DNA of 64,000 nucleotides from Eledone cirrhosa (lineage: Eukaryota), in contig OZ024744.1 in NCBI GenBank assembly GCA_964016885.1, positions 40,238,001 through 40,302,000 on the forward strand, read 5' to 3'. The stretch's first letter is position 1; each line of letters starts with the position of its first letter. Below, piece after piece: positions 10,301 through 25,250 of the stretch. The position numbers were made by a program, and so were the translations under genes. Under the pieces are notes generated by a model. It had not been told where the DNA came from. It searched no databases and saw only the letters and a list, made by a program, of their open reading frames with translations.

Positions 10301-13300
10301 TACAAATACTAGCTTGACCCAAGGTAATGGTAGTTTCCATTAACCCAACTTTATTTACAAATCCTATCGTGACTCAAGGTAATGATAGTTTCCATCAACC
10401 CAGCTTTATTTACAAAGCCTAGCTTGACCCAAGATAATGGTAGTTTCCATCAACCCAGCTTTATTTGCAAAGCCCTGCTTGACTCAGGGAAATGGTAGTT
10501 TCCATCAACCCAGCTTTATTTACAAAGACTAGCTTGACTCAAGGTAATGGTAGTTTCCATCAACCCAGCTTTATTTACAAAGCCTTGCTTGACCCAAGGT
10601 AATGGTTGTGTCCATCAACCCAGCTTTATTTACAAAGTCTATCTTGACTCAAGGTAATGGTAGTTTCCATCAACCCAGCTTTATTTACAAAGCCTAGCTT
10701 GTCTCAAGGTAATGGTAGTTTCCATCAACCCAGCTTTATTTACAAAGCCTAGCTTGACTCAAGGTAATGGTAGTTTCAATCAACCAAGTTTTATTTACAA
10801 TGTCTAGCTTGACTCAAGATAATGGTAGTTTCCATCAACCCAGCTTTATTTACAAAGCCTAGCTTGACCCAAGGTAATGGTAGTTTCGATCAACCCAGCT
10901 TTATTTACAAGGCCTAGCTTGACTCAAGGTAATGGTAGTTTACATCAACCCAGCTTTATTTACAAAGCCTAGCTTGTCTCAAGGTAATGGTAGTTTCCAT
11001 CAACCCAGCTTTATTTACAAAGCCTAGCTTGACTCAAGGTAATGGTAGTTTCCATCAACCAAGTTTTATTTACAATGTCTAGCTTGACTCAAGATAATGG
11101 TAGTTTCCATCAACCCAGCTTTATTTACAAAGCCTAGCTTGACCCAAGGTAATGGTAGTTTCGATCAACCCAGCTTTATTTACAAAGCCTAGCTTGATTC
11201 AAGGTAATGGTAGTTTACATCAACCCAGCTTTATTTACAAAGCCTAGCTTGACCCGAGGTAATGGTAGTTTCCATCAACCCAGCTTTATTTACAAAGCCT
11301 AGCTTGACCCAAGGTAATGGTAGTTACCATCAACCCAGCTTTATTTACAAAGCCTAGCTTGACTCAAGGTAATGGTAGTTTCCATCAACCCAGCTTTATT
11401 TACAATGCCTAGCTTGAGTCAAGTTAATGGTAGTTTCCATCAACCCAGCTTTATTTACAAAGCCTAGCTTGACCCAAGGTAATGGTAGTTTCCATCAACC
11501 CAGCTTTATTTACAAAGCCTAGCTTAATTCAAGGTAATGGTAGTTTCCATCAACCCAGCTTTATTTACAAAGCCTAGCTTGACTCAAGATAATGGTAGTT
11601 TCCATCAACCCAGCTTTATTTACAAAGCCTAGCTTGACTCAAGTTAATGGTAGTTTCCATCAACCCGGCTTTATTTAAAAAGCCTAGCTTGACTCAAGGT
11701 AATGGTAGTTTCCATCAACCCAGCTTTATTTACAAAGCCTAGCTTGTCTCAAGGTAATGGTAGTTTCCATCAACCCAGCTTTATTTACAAAGCCTAGCTT
11801 GACTCAAGGTAATGGTAGTTTCCATCAACCAAGTTTTATTTACAATGACTAGCTTGACTCAAGGTAATAGTAATTTACATCAACCAAGTTTTATTTACAA
11901 AGCCTAGCTTGACTCAAGGTAAGGGTAGGTTCCATCAACCCAGATTTATTTACAAAGCCTAGCTTGACTCAAGGTAATGGTAGTTTCCATCAACCCAGCT
12001 TTATTTACAAAGCCTAGCTTGTCTCAAGGTAATGGTAGTTTCCATCAACCCAGCTTTATTTACAAAGCCTAGCTTGACTCAAGGTAATGGTAGTTTCCAT
12101 CAACCAAGTTTTATTTACAATGTCTAGCTTGACTCAAGATGATGGTAGTTTCCATCAACCCAGCTTTATTTACAAAGCCTAGCTTGACCTAAGGTAATGG
12201 TAGTTTTGATCAACCCAGCTTTATTTACAAAGCCTAGCTTGACTCAAGGTAATGGTAGTTCACATCAACCCAGCTTTATTTACAAAGCCTAGCTTGACCC
12301 GAGGTAATGGCAGTTTCCATCAACCCAGCTTTATTTACAAAGCCTAGCCTGACTCAAGTTAGTGGTAGTTTCCATCAAGCCAGCTTTATCTACAAATACT
12401 AGCTTGACCCAAGGTAATGGTAGTTTCCATTAACCCAACTTTATTTACAAATCCTAGCGTGACTCAAGGTAATGATAGTTTCCATCAACCCAGCTTTATT
12501 TACAAAGCCTAGCTTGACCCAAGATAATGGTAGTTTCCATCAACCCAGCTTTATTTGCAAAGCCCTGCTTGACTCAGGGAAATGGTAGTTTCCATCAACC
12601 CAGCTTTATTTACAAAGCCTAGCTTGACTCAAGGTAATGGTAGTTTCCATCAACCCAGCTTTATTTACAAAGTCTAGCTTGTCTCAAGGTAATGGTAGTT
12701 TCCATCAACCCAGCTTTATTTATTAAGCCTAGCTTGACTCAAGGTAATGGTAGTTTCCATCAGCCCAGCTTTATTTACAAAGTCTAGCTTGTCTCAAGGT
12801 AATGGTAGTTTCCATCAACCCAGCTTTATTTACAATGCCTAGCTTGACCCAAGGTAATAGTAATTTCCATTAACCAAGTTTTATTTACAAAGCCTAGCTT
12901 GACTCAAGGTAAGGGTAGGTTCCATCAACCCAGATTTATTTACAAAGCCTAGCTTGACTCAAGGTAATGGTACTTTCCATCAACCCAGCTTTATTTACAA
13001 TGCCTAGCTTGAATCAAGGTAATGGTAGTTTCCATCAACCCAGCTTTATTTACAAAGCCTAGCTTCACCGAAGGTAATGGTAGTTTCCATCAACCCAGCA
13101 TTATTTACAAAGCCTAGCTTGACTCAAGGTAATCGTAGTTTCCATCAACCCAGCTTTATTTACAAAGCCTAGCTTGACTCAAGGTAATGGTAGTTTCCAT
13201 CAACCCAGCTTTATTTACAAAGCCTAGCTTGACCAAAGGTAATGGTAGTTTGCATCAACCCAGCTTTATTTACAAAGCCTAGCTTGACCCAAGGTAATAG

Positions 13301-16300
13301 TAGTTTCCATCAACCCAGCTTTATTTACAAAGCCTAGCTTGACTCAAGATAATGGTAGTTTCCATCAACCGAGCTTTATTTACAAAGCCTAGCTTGACTC
13401 AAGGTAATGGTAGTTTCCATCAACCCAGCTTTATTTACAAAGCCTAGCTTGACTCAAGGTAATGGTAGTTTCCATCAACCCAGCTTTATTTACAAAGCCT
13501 AGCTTGTCTCAAGGTAATGGTAGTTTCCATCAACCCAGCTTTATTTACAAAGCCTAGATTGACTCAAGGTAATGGTAGTTTCCATCAACCAAGTTTTATT
13601 TACAATGTCTAGCTTGATTCAAGGTAATGGTAGTTTCCATCAACCCAGCTTTATTTACAAAGCCTAGCTTGACCCAAAGTAATGGTAGTTTCCATCAACC
13701 CAGCTTTATTTACAAAGCCTAGCTTGACCCAAGGTAATGGTAGTTTCCATCAACCCAGCTTTATTTACAAAGCCTAGCTTAATTCAAGGTAATGGTAGTT
13801 TCCATCAACCCAGCTTTATTTACAAAGCCTAGCTTGTCTCAGGATAATGGTAGTTTCCATCAACCCAGCTTTATTTAAAAAAGCCTAGCTTGACTCAAGG
13901 TAATGGTAGTTTCCATCAACCCAGCTTTATTTACAAAGCCTAGCTTGACTCAAGGTAATGGTAGTTTCAATCAACCCAGCTTTATTTACAAAGCCTAGCT
14001 TGTCTCAAGGTAATGGTAGTTTCCATCAACCCAGCTTTATTTACAAAGCCTAGCTTGACTCAAGGTAATGGTAGTTTCCATCAACTAAGTTTTATTTACA
14101 ATGTCTAGCTTGACTGAAGGTAATAGTAATTTCCATCAACCAAGTTTTATTTACAAAGCCTAGCTTGACTCAAGGTAAGGGTAGGTTCCATCAACCCAGC
14201 TTTATTTACAAAGCCTAGCTTGACCCAAGGTAATGGTAGTTTCCATCAACCCAGCTTTATTTACAAAGCCTAGCTTGACTCAAGGTAATGGTAGTTTCCA
14301 TCAACCAAGTTTTATTTACAATGCCTAGCTTGACCCAAGGTAATGGTAGTTTCCATCAATCCAGCTTTATTTGCAAAGCCTAGCTTGACCCAAGGTAATG
14401 GTAGTTTCCATCAACCCAGCTTTATTTGCAAAGCCCTGCTTGACGCAGGGAAATGGTAGTTTCCATCAACCCAGCTTTATTTACAAAGTCTAGCTTGTCT
14501 CAAGGTAATGGTAGTTTCCATCAACCCAGCTTTATTTACAAAGCCTAGCTTGACTCAAGGTAATGGTAGTTTCCATCAGCCCAGCTTTATTTACAAAGTC
14601 TAGCTTGTCTCAAGGTAATGGTAGTTTCCATCAACCCAGCTTTATTTACAATGCCTAGCTTGACCCAAGGTAATAGTAATTTCCATCAACCAAGTTTTAT
14701 TTACAAAGCCTAGCTTGACCCAGGGTAATGGTAGTTTCCATCAATCCAGCTTTATTTGCAAAGCCTAGCTTGACCCAAGGTAATGGTAGTTTCCATCAAC
14801 TGAGCTTTATTTAAAAAGCCTAGCGTGATTCAAGGTAATGATAGTTTCCATCAACACAGCTTTATTTACAAAGCCTAGCTTGACCCAAGATAATGGTAGT
14901 TTCCATCAACCCAGCTTTATTTGCAAAACCCCTGCTTGACTCAAGGTAATGGTAGTGTCCATCAACCCAGCTTTATTTACAAATCCTAGCTTGACTCAAG
15001 GTAATGGTAGTTTCCATCAACCCAGCTTTATTTACACAGTCTAGCTTGTTTAAAGGTAATGGTAGTTTCCATCAACCCAGCTTTATTTACAAAGCCTAGC
15101 TTGACTCAAGGTAATGGTAGTTTCCATCAACCCAGCTTTATTTACAAAGCCTAGCTTGACCCAAGGTAATGGTAGTTTCCATCAACCCAGCTTTATTTAC
15201 AAAGCCTAACTTGACCCAAGGTAATGGTAGTTTCCATCAACCCAGCTTTATTTACAAAGCCTAGCTTGACCCAAGGTAATGGTAGTTTCCATCAACCCAG
15301 CTTTATTTACAAAGCCTAGCTTGACCCAAGGTAATGGTAGTTTCCATCAACCCAGCTTTATTTACAAAGCCTAGCTTGACCCAAGGTAATGGTAGTTTCC
15401 ATCAACCCAGCTTTATTTACAAAGCCTAACTTGACCCAAGGTAATGGTAGTTTCCATCAACCCAGCTTTATTTACAAAGCCTAGCTTGACCCGAGGTAAT
15501 GGTAGTTTCCATCAACCCAGCTTTATTTACAAAGCCTAGCTTGACCCAAGGTAATGGTAGTTTCCATCAACCCAGCTTTATTTACAAAGCCTAGCTTGAC
15601 TCAAGGTAATGGTAGTTTCCATCAGCCCAGCTTTATTTACAAAGTCTAGCTTGTCTCAAGGTAATGGTAGTGTCCATCAACCCAGCTTTATTTACAATGC
15701 CTAGCTTGACCCAAGGTATTGCTAGTTTCTATCAATCCAGCTTTATTTACAAAGCCTAGCTTGACCCAAGGTAATGGTAGTTTCCATCAACTGAGCTTTA
15801 TTTAAAAAGCCTAGCGTGACTCAAGGTAATGATAGTTTCCATCAACCCAGCTTTATTTACAAAGCCTAGCTTGACCCAAGATAATGGTAGTTTCCATCAA
15901 CCCAGCTTTATTTGCAAAGCCCTGCTTGACGCAGGGAAATGGTAGTTTCCATCAACCCAGCTTTATTTACAAAGTCTAGCTTGTCTCAAGGTAATGGTAG
16001 TTTCCATCAACCCAGCTTTATTTACAAAGCCTAGCTTGACTCAAGGTAATGGTAGTTTCCATCAGCCCAGCTTTATTTACAAAGTCTAGCTTGTCTCAAG
16101 GTAATGGTAGTTTCCATCAACCCAGCTTTATTTACAATGCCTAGCTTGACCCAAGGTAATAGTAATTTCCATCAACCAAGTTTTATATACAATGCCTAGC
16201 TTGACCCAGGGTAATGGTAGTTTCCATCAATCCAGCTTTATTTGCAAAGCCTAGCTTGACCCAAGGTAATGGTAGTTTCCATCAACTGAGCTTTATTTAA

Positions 16301-17249
16301 AAAGCCTAGCGTGACTCAAGGTAATGATAGTTTCCATCAACACAGCTTTATTTACAAAGCCTAGCTTGACCCAAGATAATGGTAGTTTCCATCAACCCAG
16401 CTTTATTTGCAAAACCCCTGCTTGACTCAAGGTAATGGTAGTGTCCATCAACCCAGCTTTATTTACAAATCCTAGCTTGACTCAAGGTAATGGTAGTTTC
16501 CATCAACCCAGCTTTATTTACACAGTCTAGCTTGTTTAAAGGTAATGGTAGTTTCCATCAACCCAGCTTTATTTACAAAGCCTAGCTTGACTCAAGGTAA
16601 TGGTAGTTTCCATCAACCCAGCTTTATTTACAAAGCCTAGCTTGACCCAAGGTAATGGTAGTTTCCATCAACCCAGCTTTATTTACAAAGCCTAACTTGA
16701 CCCAAGGTAATGGTAGTTTCCATCAACCCAGCTTTATTTACAAAGCCTAGCTTGACCCAAGGTAATGGTAGTTTCCATCAACCCAGCTTTATTTACAAAG
16801 CCTAGGTTGACCCAAGGTAATGGTAGTTTCCATCAACCCAGCTTTATTTACAAAGCCTAGCTTGACTCAAGGTAATGGTAGTTTCCATCAACCCAGCTTT
16901 ATTTACAAAGCCTAGCTTGACTCAAGGTAATGGTAGTTTCCATCAACCCAGCTTTATTTACAAAGCCTTGCTTGACCCAAGGTAATGGTAGTTTCCATCA
17001 ACCCAGCTTTATTTACAAAGCCTAACTTGACACAAGGTAATGGTAGTTTCCATCAACCCAGCTTTATTTACAAAGCCTAACTTGACACAAGGTAATGGTA
17101 GTTTCCATCAGCCCAGCTTTATTTACAAAGTCTAGCTTGTCTGAAGGTAATGGTAGTTTCCATCAACCCAGCTTTATTTACAATGCCTAGCTTGACCCAA
17201 GGTAATGGTAGTTTCTATCAATCCAGCTTTATTTACAAAGCCTAGCTTG

Positions 17250-20200
17250 ACCCAAGGTAATGGTAGTTTCCATCAACTGAGCTTTATTTAAAAAGCCTAG
17301 CGTGACTCAAGGTAATGATAGTTTCCATCAACCCAGCTTTATTTACAAAGCCTAGCTTGACCCAAGATAATGGTAGTTTCCATCAACCCAGCTTTATTTG
17401 CAAAGCTCTGCTTGACGCAGGGAAATGGTGGTTTCCATCAACCCAGCTTTATTTACAAAGCCTAGCTTGACTCAAGGTAATGGTATTTTCCATCAACCCA
17501 GCTTTATTTACAAAGTCTAGCTTGTATGAAGGTAATGGTAGTTTCCATCAACCCAGCTTTATTTACAAAGCCCAGCTTGACTCAAGGTAATGGTAGTTTC
17601 CATCAGCCCAGCTTTATTTACAAAGTCTAGCTTGTCTCAAGGTAATGGTAGTTTCCATCAACCCAGCTTTATTTACAAAGCCTAGCTTGACTCAAGGTAA
17701 TGGTAGTTTCCATCAACCCAGCTTTATTTACAAAGCCTAGCTTGACCCAAGATATTGGTAGTTTCCATCAACCCAGCTTTATTTACAAAGCCAAGCTTGA
17801 CTCAAGATAATGGTAGTTTCCATCAACCCAGCTTTATTTAAAAAAGCCTAGCTTGACTCAAGGTAATGGTAGTTTCCATCAACCCAGCTTTATTTACAAA
17901 TCCTAGCTTGACTCAAGGTAATGGTACTTTCCATCAACCCAGCTTTATTTAGAAAGTCTAGCTTGTTTAAAGGTAATGGTAGTTTCCCACAACCCAGCTT
18001 TTTTTACAAAGCCTAGCTTGACTCAAGGTAATGGTAGTTTCCATCAACCCAGCTTTATTTACAAAGCCTAGTTGACCCAAGGTAATGGTAGTTTCCATCA
18101 ACCCAGCTTTATTTACAAAGCCTAACTTGACCCAAGGTAATGGTAGTTTCCATCAACCCAGCTTTATTTACAAAGCCTAGCTTGACCCAAGGTAATGGTA
18201 GTTTCCATCAACCCAGCTTTATTTACAAAGCCTAGCTTGACCCAAGGTAATGGTAGTTTCCATCAACCCAGCTTTATTTACAAAGCCTAGCTTGACTCAA
18301 GGTAATGGTAGTTTCCATCAGCCCAGCTTTATTTACAAAGTCTAGCTTGTCTCAAGGTAATGGTAGTTTCCATCAACCCAGCCTTATTTACAATGCCTAG
18401 CTTGACCCAAGGTAATGCTAGTTTCTATCAATCCAGCTTTATTTACAAAGCCTAGCTTGACCCAAGGTAATGGTAGTTTCCATCAACTGAGCTTTATTTA
18501 AAAAGCCTAGCGTGACTCAAGGTAATGATAGTTTCCATCAACCCAGCTTTATTTACAAAGCCTAGCTTGACCCAAGATAATGGTAGTTTCCATCAACCCA
18601 GCTTTATTTGCAAAGCCCTGCTTGACACAGGGAAATGGTAGTTTCCATCAACCCAGCTTTATTTACAAAGTCTAGCTTGTCTGAAGGTAATGGTAGTTTC
18701 CATCAACCCAGCTTTATTTACAAAGTCTAGCTTGTATGAAGGTAATGGTAGTTTCCATCAACCCAGCTTTATTTACAAAGCCCAGCTTGACTCAAGGTAA
18801 TGGTAGTTTCCATCAGCCCAGCTTTATTTACAAAGTCTAGCTTGTCTCAAGGTAATGGTAGTTTCCATCAACCCAGCTTTATTTACAAAGCCTAGCTTGA
18901 CCCAAGTTAATGCTAGTTTCTATCAATCCAGCTTTATTTACAAAGCCTAGCTTGACCCAAGGTAATGGTAGTTTCCATCAACTGAGCTTTATTTAAAAAG
19001 CCTAGCGTGACTCAAGGTAATGATAGTTTCCATCAACCCAGCTTTATTTACAAAGCCTAGCTTGACCCAAGATAATGGTAGTTTCCATCAACCCAGCTTT
19101 ATTTGCAAAGCTCTGCTTGACGCAGGGAAATGGTGGTTTCCATCAACCCAGCTTTATTTACAAAGCCTAGCTTGACTCAAGGTAATGGTAGTTTCCATCA
19201 ACCCAGCTTTATTTACAAAGTCTAGCTTGTATGAAGGTAATGGTAGTTTCCATCAACCCAGCTTTATTTACAAAGCCCAGCTTGACTCAAGGTAATGGTA
19301 GTTTCCATCAGCCCAGCTTTATTTACAAAGTCTAGCTTGTCTCAAGGTAATGGTAGTTTCCATCAACCCAGCTTTATTTACAAAGCCTAGCTTGACTCAA
19401 GGTAATGGTAGTTTCCATCAACCCAGCTTTATTTACAAAGCCTAGCTTGACCCAAGATAATGGTAGTTTCCATCAACCCAGCTTTATTTACAAAGCCAAG
19501 CTTGACTCAAGATTATGGTAGTTTCCATCAACCCAGCTTTATTTAAAAAAGCCTAGCTTGACTCAAGGTAATGGTAGTTTCCATCAACCCAGCTTTATTT
19601 ACAAATCCTAGCTTGACTCAAGGTAATGGTACTTTCCATCAACCCAGCTTTATTTACAAAGTCTAGCTTGTTTAAAGGTAATGGTAGTTTCCCACAACCC
19701 AGCTTTTTTTACAAAGCCTAGCTTGACTCAAGGTAATGGTAGTTTCCATCAACCCAGCTTTATTTACAAAGCCTAGCTTGACCCAAGGTAATGGTAGTTT
19801 CCATCAACCCAGCTTTATTTACAAAGCCTAACTTGACCCAAGGTAATGGTAGTTTCCATCAACCCAGCTTTATTTACAAAGCCTAGCTTGACCCAAGGTA
19901 ATGGTAGTTTCCATCAACCCAGCTTTATTTACAAAGCCTAGCTTGACCCAAGGTAATGGTAGTTTCCATCAACCCAGCTTTATTTACAAAGCCTAGCTTG
20001 ACTCAAGGTAATGGTAGTTTCCATCAGCCCAGCTTTATTTACAAAGTCTAGCTTGTCTCAAGGTAATGGTAGTTTCCATCAACCCAGCCTTATTTACAAT
20101 GCCTAGCTTGACCCAAGGTAATGCTAGTTTCTATCAATCCAGCTTTATTTACAAAGCCTAGCTTGACCCAAGGTAATGGTAGTTTCCATCAATTGAGCTT

Positions 20201-23200
20201 TATTTAAAAAGCCTAGCGTGACTCAAGGTAATGATAGTTTCCATCAACCCAGCTTTATTTACAAAGCCTAGCTTGACCCAAGATAATGGTAGTTTCCATC
20301 AACCCAGCTTTATTTGCAAAGCCCTGCTTGACACAGGGAAATGGTAGTTTCCATTAACCCAGCTTTATTTACAAAGTCTAGCTTGTCTCAAGGTAATGGT
20401 AGTTTCCATCAACCCAGCTTTATTTACAAAGTCTAGCTTGTATGAAGGTAATGGTAGTTTCCAACAACCCAGCTTTATTTACAAAGCCCAGCTTGACTCA
20501 AGGTAATGGTAGTTTCCATCAGCCCAGCTTTATTTACAAAGTCTAGCTTGTCTCAAGGTAATGGTAGTTTCCATCAACCCAGCTTTATTTACAAAGCCTA
20601 GCTTGACCCAAGGTAATGCTAGTTTCTATCAATCCAGCTTTATTTACAAAGCCTAGCTTGACCCAAGGTAATGGTAGTTTCCATCAACTGAGCTTTATTT
20701 AAAAAGCCTAGCGTGACTCAAGGTAATGATAGTTTCCATCAACCCAGCTTTATTTACAAAGCCTAGCTTGACCCAAGATAATGGTAGTTTCCATCAACCC
20801 AGCTTTATTTGCAAAGCTCTGCTTGACGCAGGGAAATGGTGGTTTCCATCAACCCAGCTTTATTTACAAAGCCTAGCTTGACTCAAGGTAATGGTAGTTT
20901 CCATCAACCCAGCTTTATTTACAAAGCCTAGCTTGACCCAAGATATTGGTAGTTTCCATCAACCCAGCTTTATTTACAAAGCCAAGCTTGACTCAAGATA
21001 ATGGTAGTTTCCATCAACCCAGCTTTATTTAAAAAAGCCTAGCTTGACTCAAGGTAATGGTAGTTTCCATCAACCCAGCTTTATTTACAAATCCTAGCTT
21101 GACTCAAGGTAATGGTACTTTCCATCAACCCAGCTTTATTTAGAAAGTCTAGCTTGTTTAAAGGTAATGGTAGTTTCCCACAACCCAGCTTTTTTTACAA
21201 AGCCTAGCTTGACTCAAGGTAATGGTAGTTTCCATCAACCCAGCTTTATTTACAAAGCCTAGTTGACCCAAGGTAATGGTAGTTTCCATCAACCCAGCTT
21301 TATTTACAAAGCCTAACTTGACCCAAGGTAATGGTAGTTTCCATCAACCCAGCTTTATTTACAAAGCCTAGCTTGACCCAAGGTAATGGTAGTTTCCATC
21401 AACCCAGCTTTATTTACAAAGCCTAGCTTGACCCAAGGTAATGGTAGTTTCCATCAACCCAGCTTTATTTACAAAGCCTAGCTTGACTCAAGGTAATGGT
21501 AGTTTCCATCAGCCCAGCTTTATTTACAAAGTCTAGCTTGTCTCAAGGTAATGGTAGTTTCCATCAACCCAGCCTTATTTACAATGCCTAGCTTGACCCA
21601 AGGTAATGCTAGTTTCTATCAATCCAGCTTTATTTACAAAGCCTAGCTTGACCCAAGGTAATGGTAGTTTCCATCAACTGAGCTTTATTTAAAAAGCCTA
21701 GCGTGACTCAAGGTAATGATAGTTTCCATCAACCCAGCTTTATTTACAAAGCCTAGCTTGACCCAAGATAATGGTAGTTTCCATCAACCCAGCTTTATTT
21801 GCAAAGCCCTGCTTGACACAGGGAAATGGTAGTTTCCATCAACCCAGCTTTATTTACAAAGTCTAGCTTGTCTGAAGGTAATGGTAGTTTCCATCAACCC
21901 AGCTTTATTTACAAAGTCTAGCTTGTATGAAGGTAATGGTAGTTTCCATCAACCCAGCTTTATTTACAAAGCCCAGCTTGACTCAAGGTAATGGTAGTTT
22001 CCATCAGCCCAGCTTTATTTACAAAGTCTAGCTTGTCTCAAGGTAATGGTAGTTTCCATCAACCCAGCTTTATTTACAAAGCCTAGCTTGACCCAAGTTA
22101 ATGCTAGTTTCTATCAATCCAGCTTTATTTACAAAGCCTAGCTTGACCCAAGGTAATGGTAGTTTCCATCAACTGAGCTTTATTTAAAAAGCCTAGCGTG
22201 ACTCAAGGTAATGATAGTTTCCGTCAACCCAGCTTTATTTACAAAGCCTAGCTTGACCCAAGATAATGGTAGTTTCCATCAACCCAGCTTTATTTGCAAA
22301 GCTCTGCTTGACGCAGGGAAATGGTGGTTTCCATCAACCCAGCTTTATTTACAAAGCCTAGCTTGACTCAAGGTAATGGTAGTTTCCATCAACCCAGCTT
22401 TATTTACAAAGTCTAGCTTGTATGAAGGTAATGGTAGTTTCCATCAACCCAGCTTTATTTACAAAGCCCAGCTTGACTCAAGGTAATGGTAGTTTCCATC
22501 AGCCCAGCTTTATTTACAAAGTCTAGCTTGTCTCAAGGTAATGGTAGTTTCCATCAACCCAGCTTTATTTACAAAGCCTAGCTTGACTCAAGGTAATGGT
22601 AGTTTCCATCAACCCAGCTTTATTTACAAAGCCTAGCTTGACCCAAGATAATGGTAGTTTCCATCAACCCAGCTTTATTTACAAAGCCAAGCTTGACTCA
22701 AGATTATGGTAGTTTCCATCAACCCAGCTTTATTTAAAAAAGCCTAGCTTGACTCAAGGTAATGGTAGTTTCCATCAACCCAGCTTTATTTACAAATCCT
22801 AGCTTGACTCAAGGTAATGGTACTTTCCATCAACCCAGCTTTATTTACAAAGTCTAGCTTGTTTAAAGGTAATGGTAGTTTCCCACAACCCAGCTTTTTT
22901 TACAAAGCCTAGCTTGACTCAAGGTAATGGTAGTTTCCATCAACCCAGCTTTATTTACAAAGCCTAGCTTGACCCAAGGTAATGGTAGTTTCCATCAACC
23001 CAGCTTTATTTACAAAGCCTAACTTGACCCAAGGTAATGGTAGTTTCCATCAACCCAGCTTTATTTACAAAGCCTAGCTTGACCCAAGGTAATGGTAGTT
23101 TCCATCAACCCAGCTTTATTTACAAAGCCTAGCTTGACCCAAGGTAATGGTAGTTTCCATCAACCCAGCTTTATTTACAAAGCCTAGCTTGACTCAAGGT

Positions 23201-25250
23201 AATGGTAGTTTCCATCAGCCCAGCTTTATTTACAAAGTCTAGCTTGTCTCAAGGTAATGGTAGTTTCCATCAACCCAGCCTTATTTACAATGCCTAGCTT
23301 GACCCAAGGTAATGCTAGTTTCTATCAATCCAGCTTTATTTACAAAGCCTAGCTTGACCCAAGGTAATGGTAGTTTCCATCAATTGAGCTTTATTTAAAA
23401 AGCCTAGCGTGACTCAAGGTAATGATAGTTTCCATCAACCCAGCTTTATTTACAAAGCCTAGCTTGACCCAAGATAATGGTAGTTTCCATCAACCCAGCT
23501 TTATTTGCAAAGCCCTGCTTGACACAGGGAAATGGTAGTTTCCATTAACCCAGCTTTATTTACAAAGTCTAGCTTGTCTCAAGGTAATGGTAGTTTCCAT
23601 CAACCCAGCTTTATTTACAAAGTCTAGCTTGTATGAAGGTAATGGTAGTTTCCAACAACCCAGCTTTATTTACAAAGCCCAGCTTGACTCAAGGTAATGG
23701 TAGTTTCCATCAGCCCAGCTTTATTTACAAAGTCTAGCTTGTCTCAAGGTAATGGTAGTTTCCATCAACCCAGCTTTATTTACAAAGCCTAGCTTGACCC
23801 AAGGTAATGCTAGTTTCTATCAATCCAGCTTTATTTACAAAGCCTAGCTTGACCCAAGGTAATGGTAGTTTCCATCAACTGAGCTTTATTTAAAAAGCCT
23901 AGCGTGACTCAAGGTAATGATAGTTTCCATCAACCCAGCTTTATTTACAAAGCCTAGCTTGACCCAAGATAATGGTAGTTTCCATCAACCCAGCTTTATT
24001 TGCAAAGCTCTGCTTGACGCAGGGAAATGGTGGTTTCCATCAACCCAGCTTTATTTACAAAGCCTAGCTTGACTCAAGGTAATGGTAGTTTCCATCAACC
24101 CAGCTTTATTTACAAAGTCTAGCTTGTATGAAGGTAATGGTAGTTTCCATCAACCCAGCTTTATTTACAAAGCCCAGCTTGACTCAAGGTAATGGTAGTT
24201 TCCATCAGCCCAGCTTTATTTACAAAGTCTAGCTTGTCTCAAGGTAATGGTAGTTTCCATCAACCCAGCTTTATTTACAAAGCCTAGCTTGACTCAAGGT
24301 AATGGTAGTTTCCATCAACCCAGCTTTATTTACAAAGCCTAGCTTGACCCAAGATAATGGTAGTTTCCATCAACCCAGCTTTATTTACAAAGCCAAGCTT
24401 GACTCAAGATAATGGTAGTTTCCATCAACCCAGCTTTATTTAAAAAAGCCTAGCTTGACTCAAGGTAATGGTAGTTTCCATCAACCCAGCTTTATTTACA
24501 AATCCTAGCTTGACTCAAGGTAATGGTAGTTTCCATCAACCCAGCTTTATTTACAAAGTCTAGCTTGTTTAAAGGTAATGGTAGTTTCCCACAACCCAGC
24601 TTTTTTTACAAAGCCTAGCTTGACTCAAGGTAATGGTAGTTTCCATCAACCCAGCTTTATTTACAAAGCCTAGCTTGACCCAAGGTAATGGTAGTTTCCA
24701 TCAACCCAGCTTTATTTACAAAGCCTAACTTGACCCAAGGTAATGGTAGTTTCCATCAACCCAGCTTTATTTACAAAGCCTAGCTTGACCCAAGGTAATG
24801 TTAGTTTCCATCAACCCAGCTTTATTTACAAAGCCTAGCTTGACCCAAGGTAATGGTAGTTTCCATCAACCCAGCTTTATTTACAAAGCCTAGCTTGACT
24901 CAAGGTAATGGTAGTTTCCATCAGCCCAGCTTTATTTACAAAGTCTAGCTTGTCTCAAGGTAATGGTAGTTTCCATCAACCCAGCCTTATTTACAATGCC
25001 TAGCTTGACCCAAGGTAATGCTAGTTTCTATCAATCCAGCTTTATTTACAAAGCCTAGCTTGACCCAAGGTAATGGTAGTTTCCATCAACTGAGCTTTAT
25101 TTAAAAAGCCTAGCGTGACTCAAGGTAATGATAGTTTCCATCAACCCAGCTTTATTTACAAAGCCTAGCTTGACCCAAGATAATGGTAGTTTCCATCAAC
25201 CCAGCTTTATTTGCAAAGCCCTGCTTGACACAGGGAAATGGTAGTTTCCA
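17250..25250 (+). repeat. About five copies of a ~31-monomer higher-order unit
   Basis: Marker cccacaac at 17986, 19691, 21177, 22882 and 24588 (spacings 1705, 1486, 1705, 1706). Boundaries are approximate. Confidence 0.85.
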
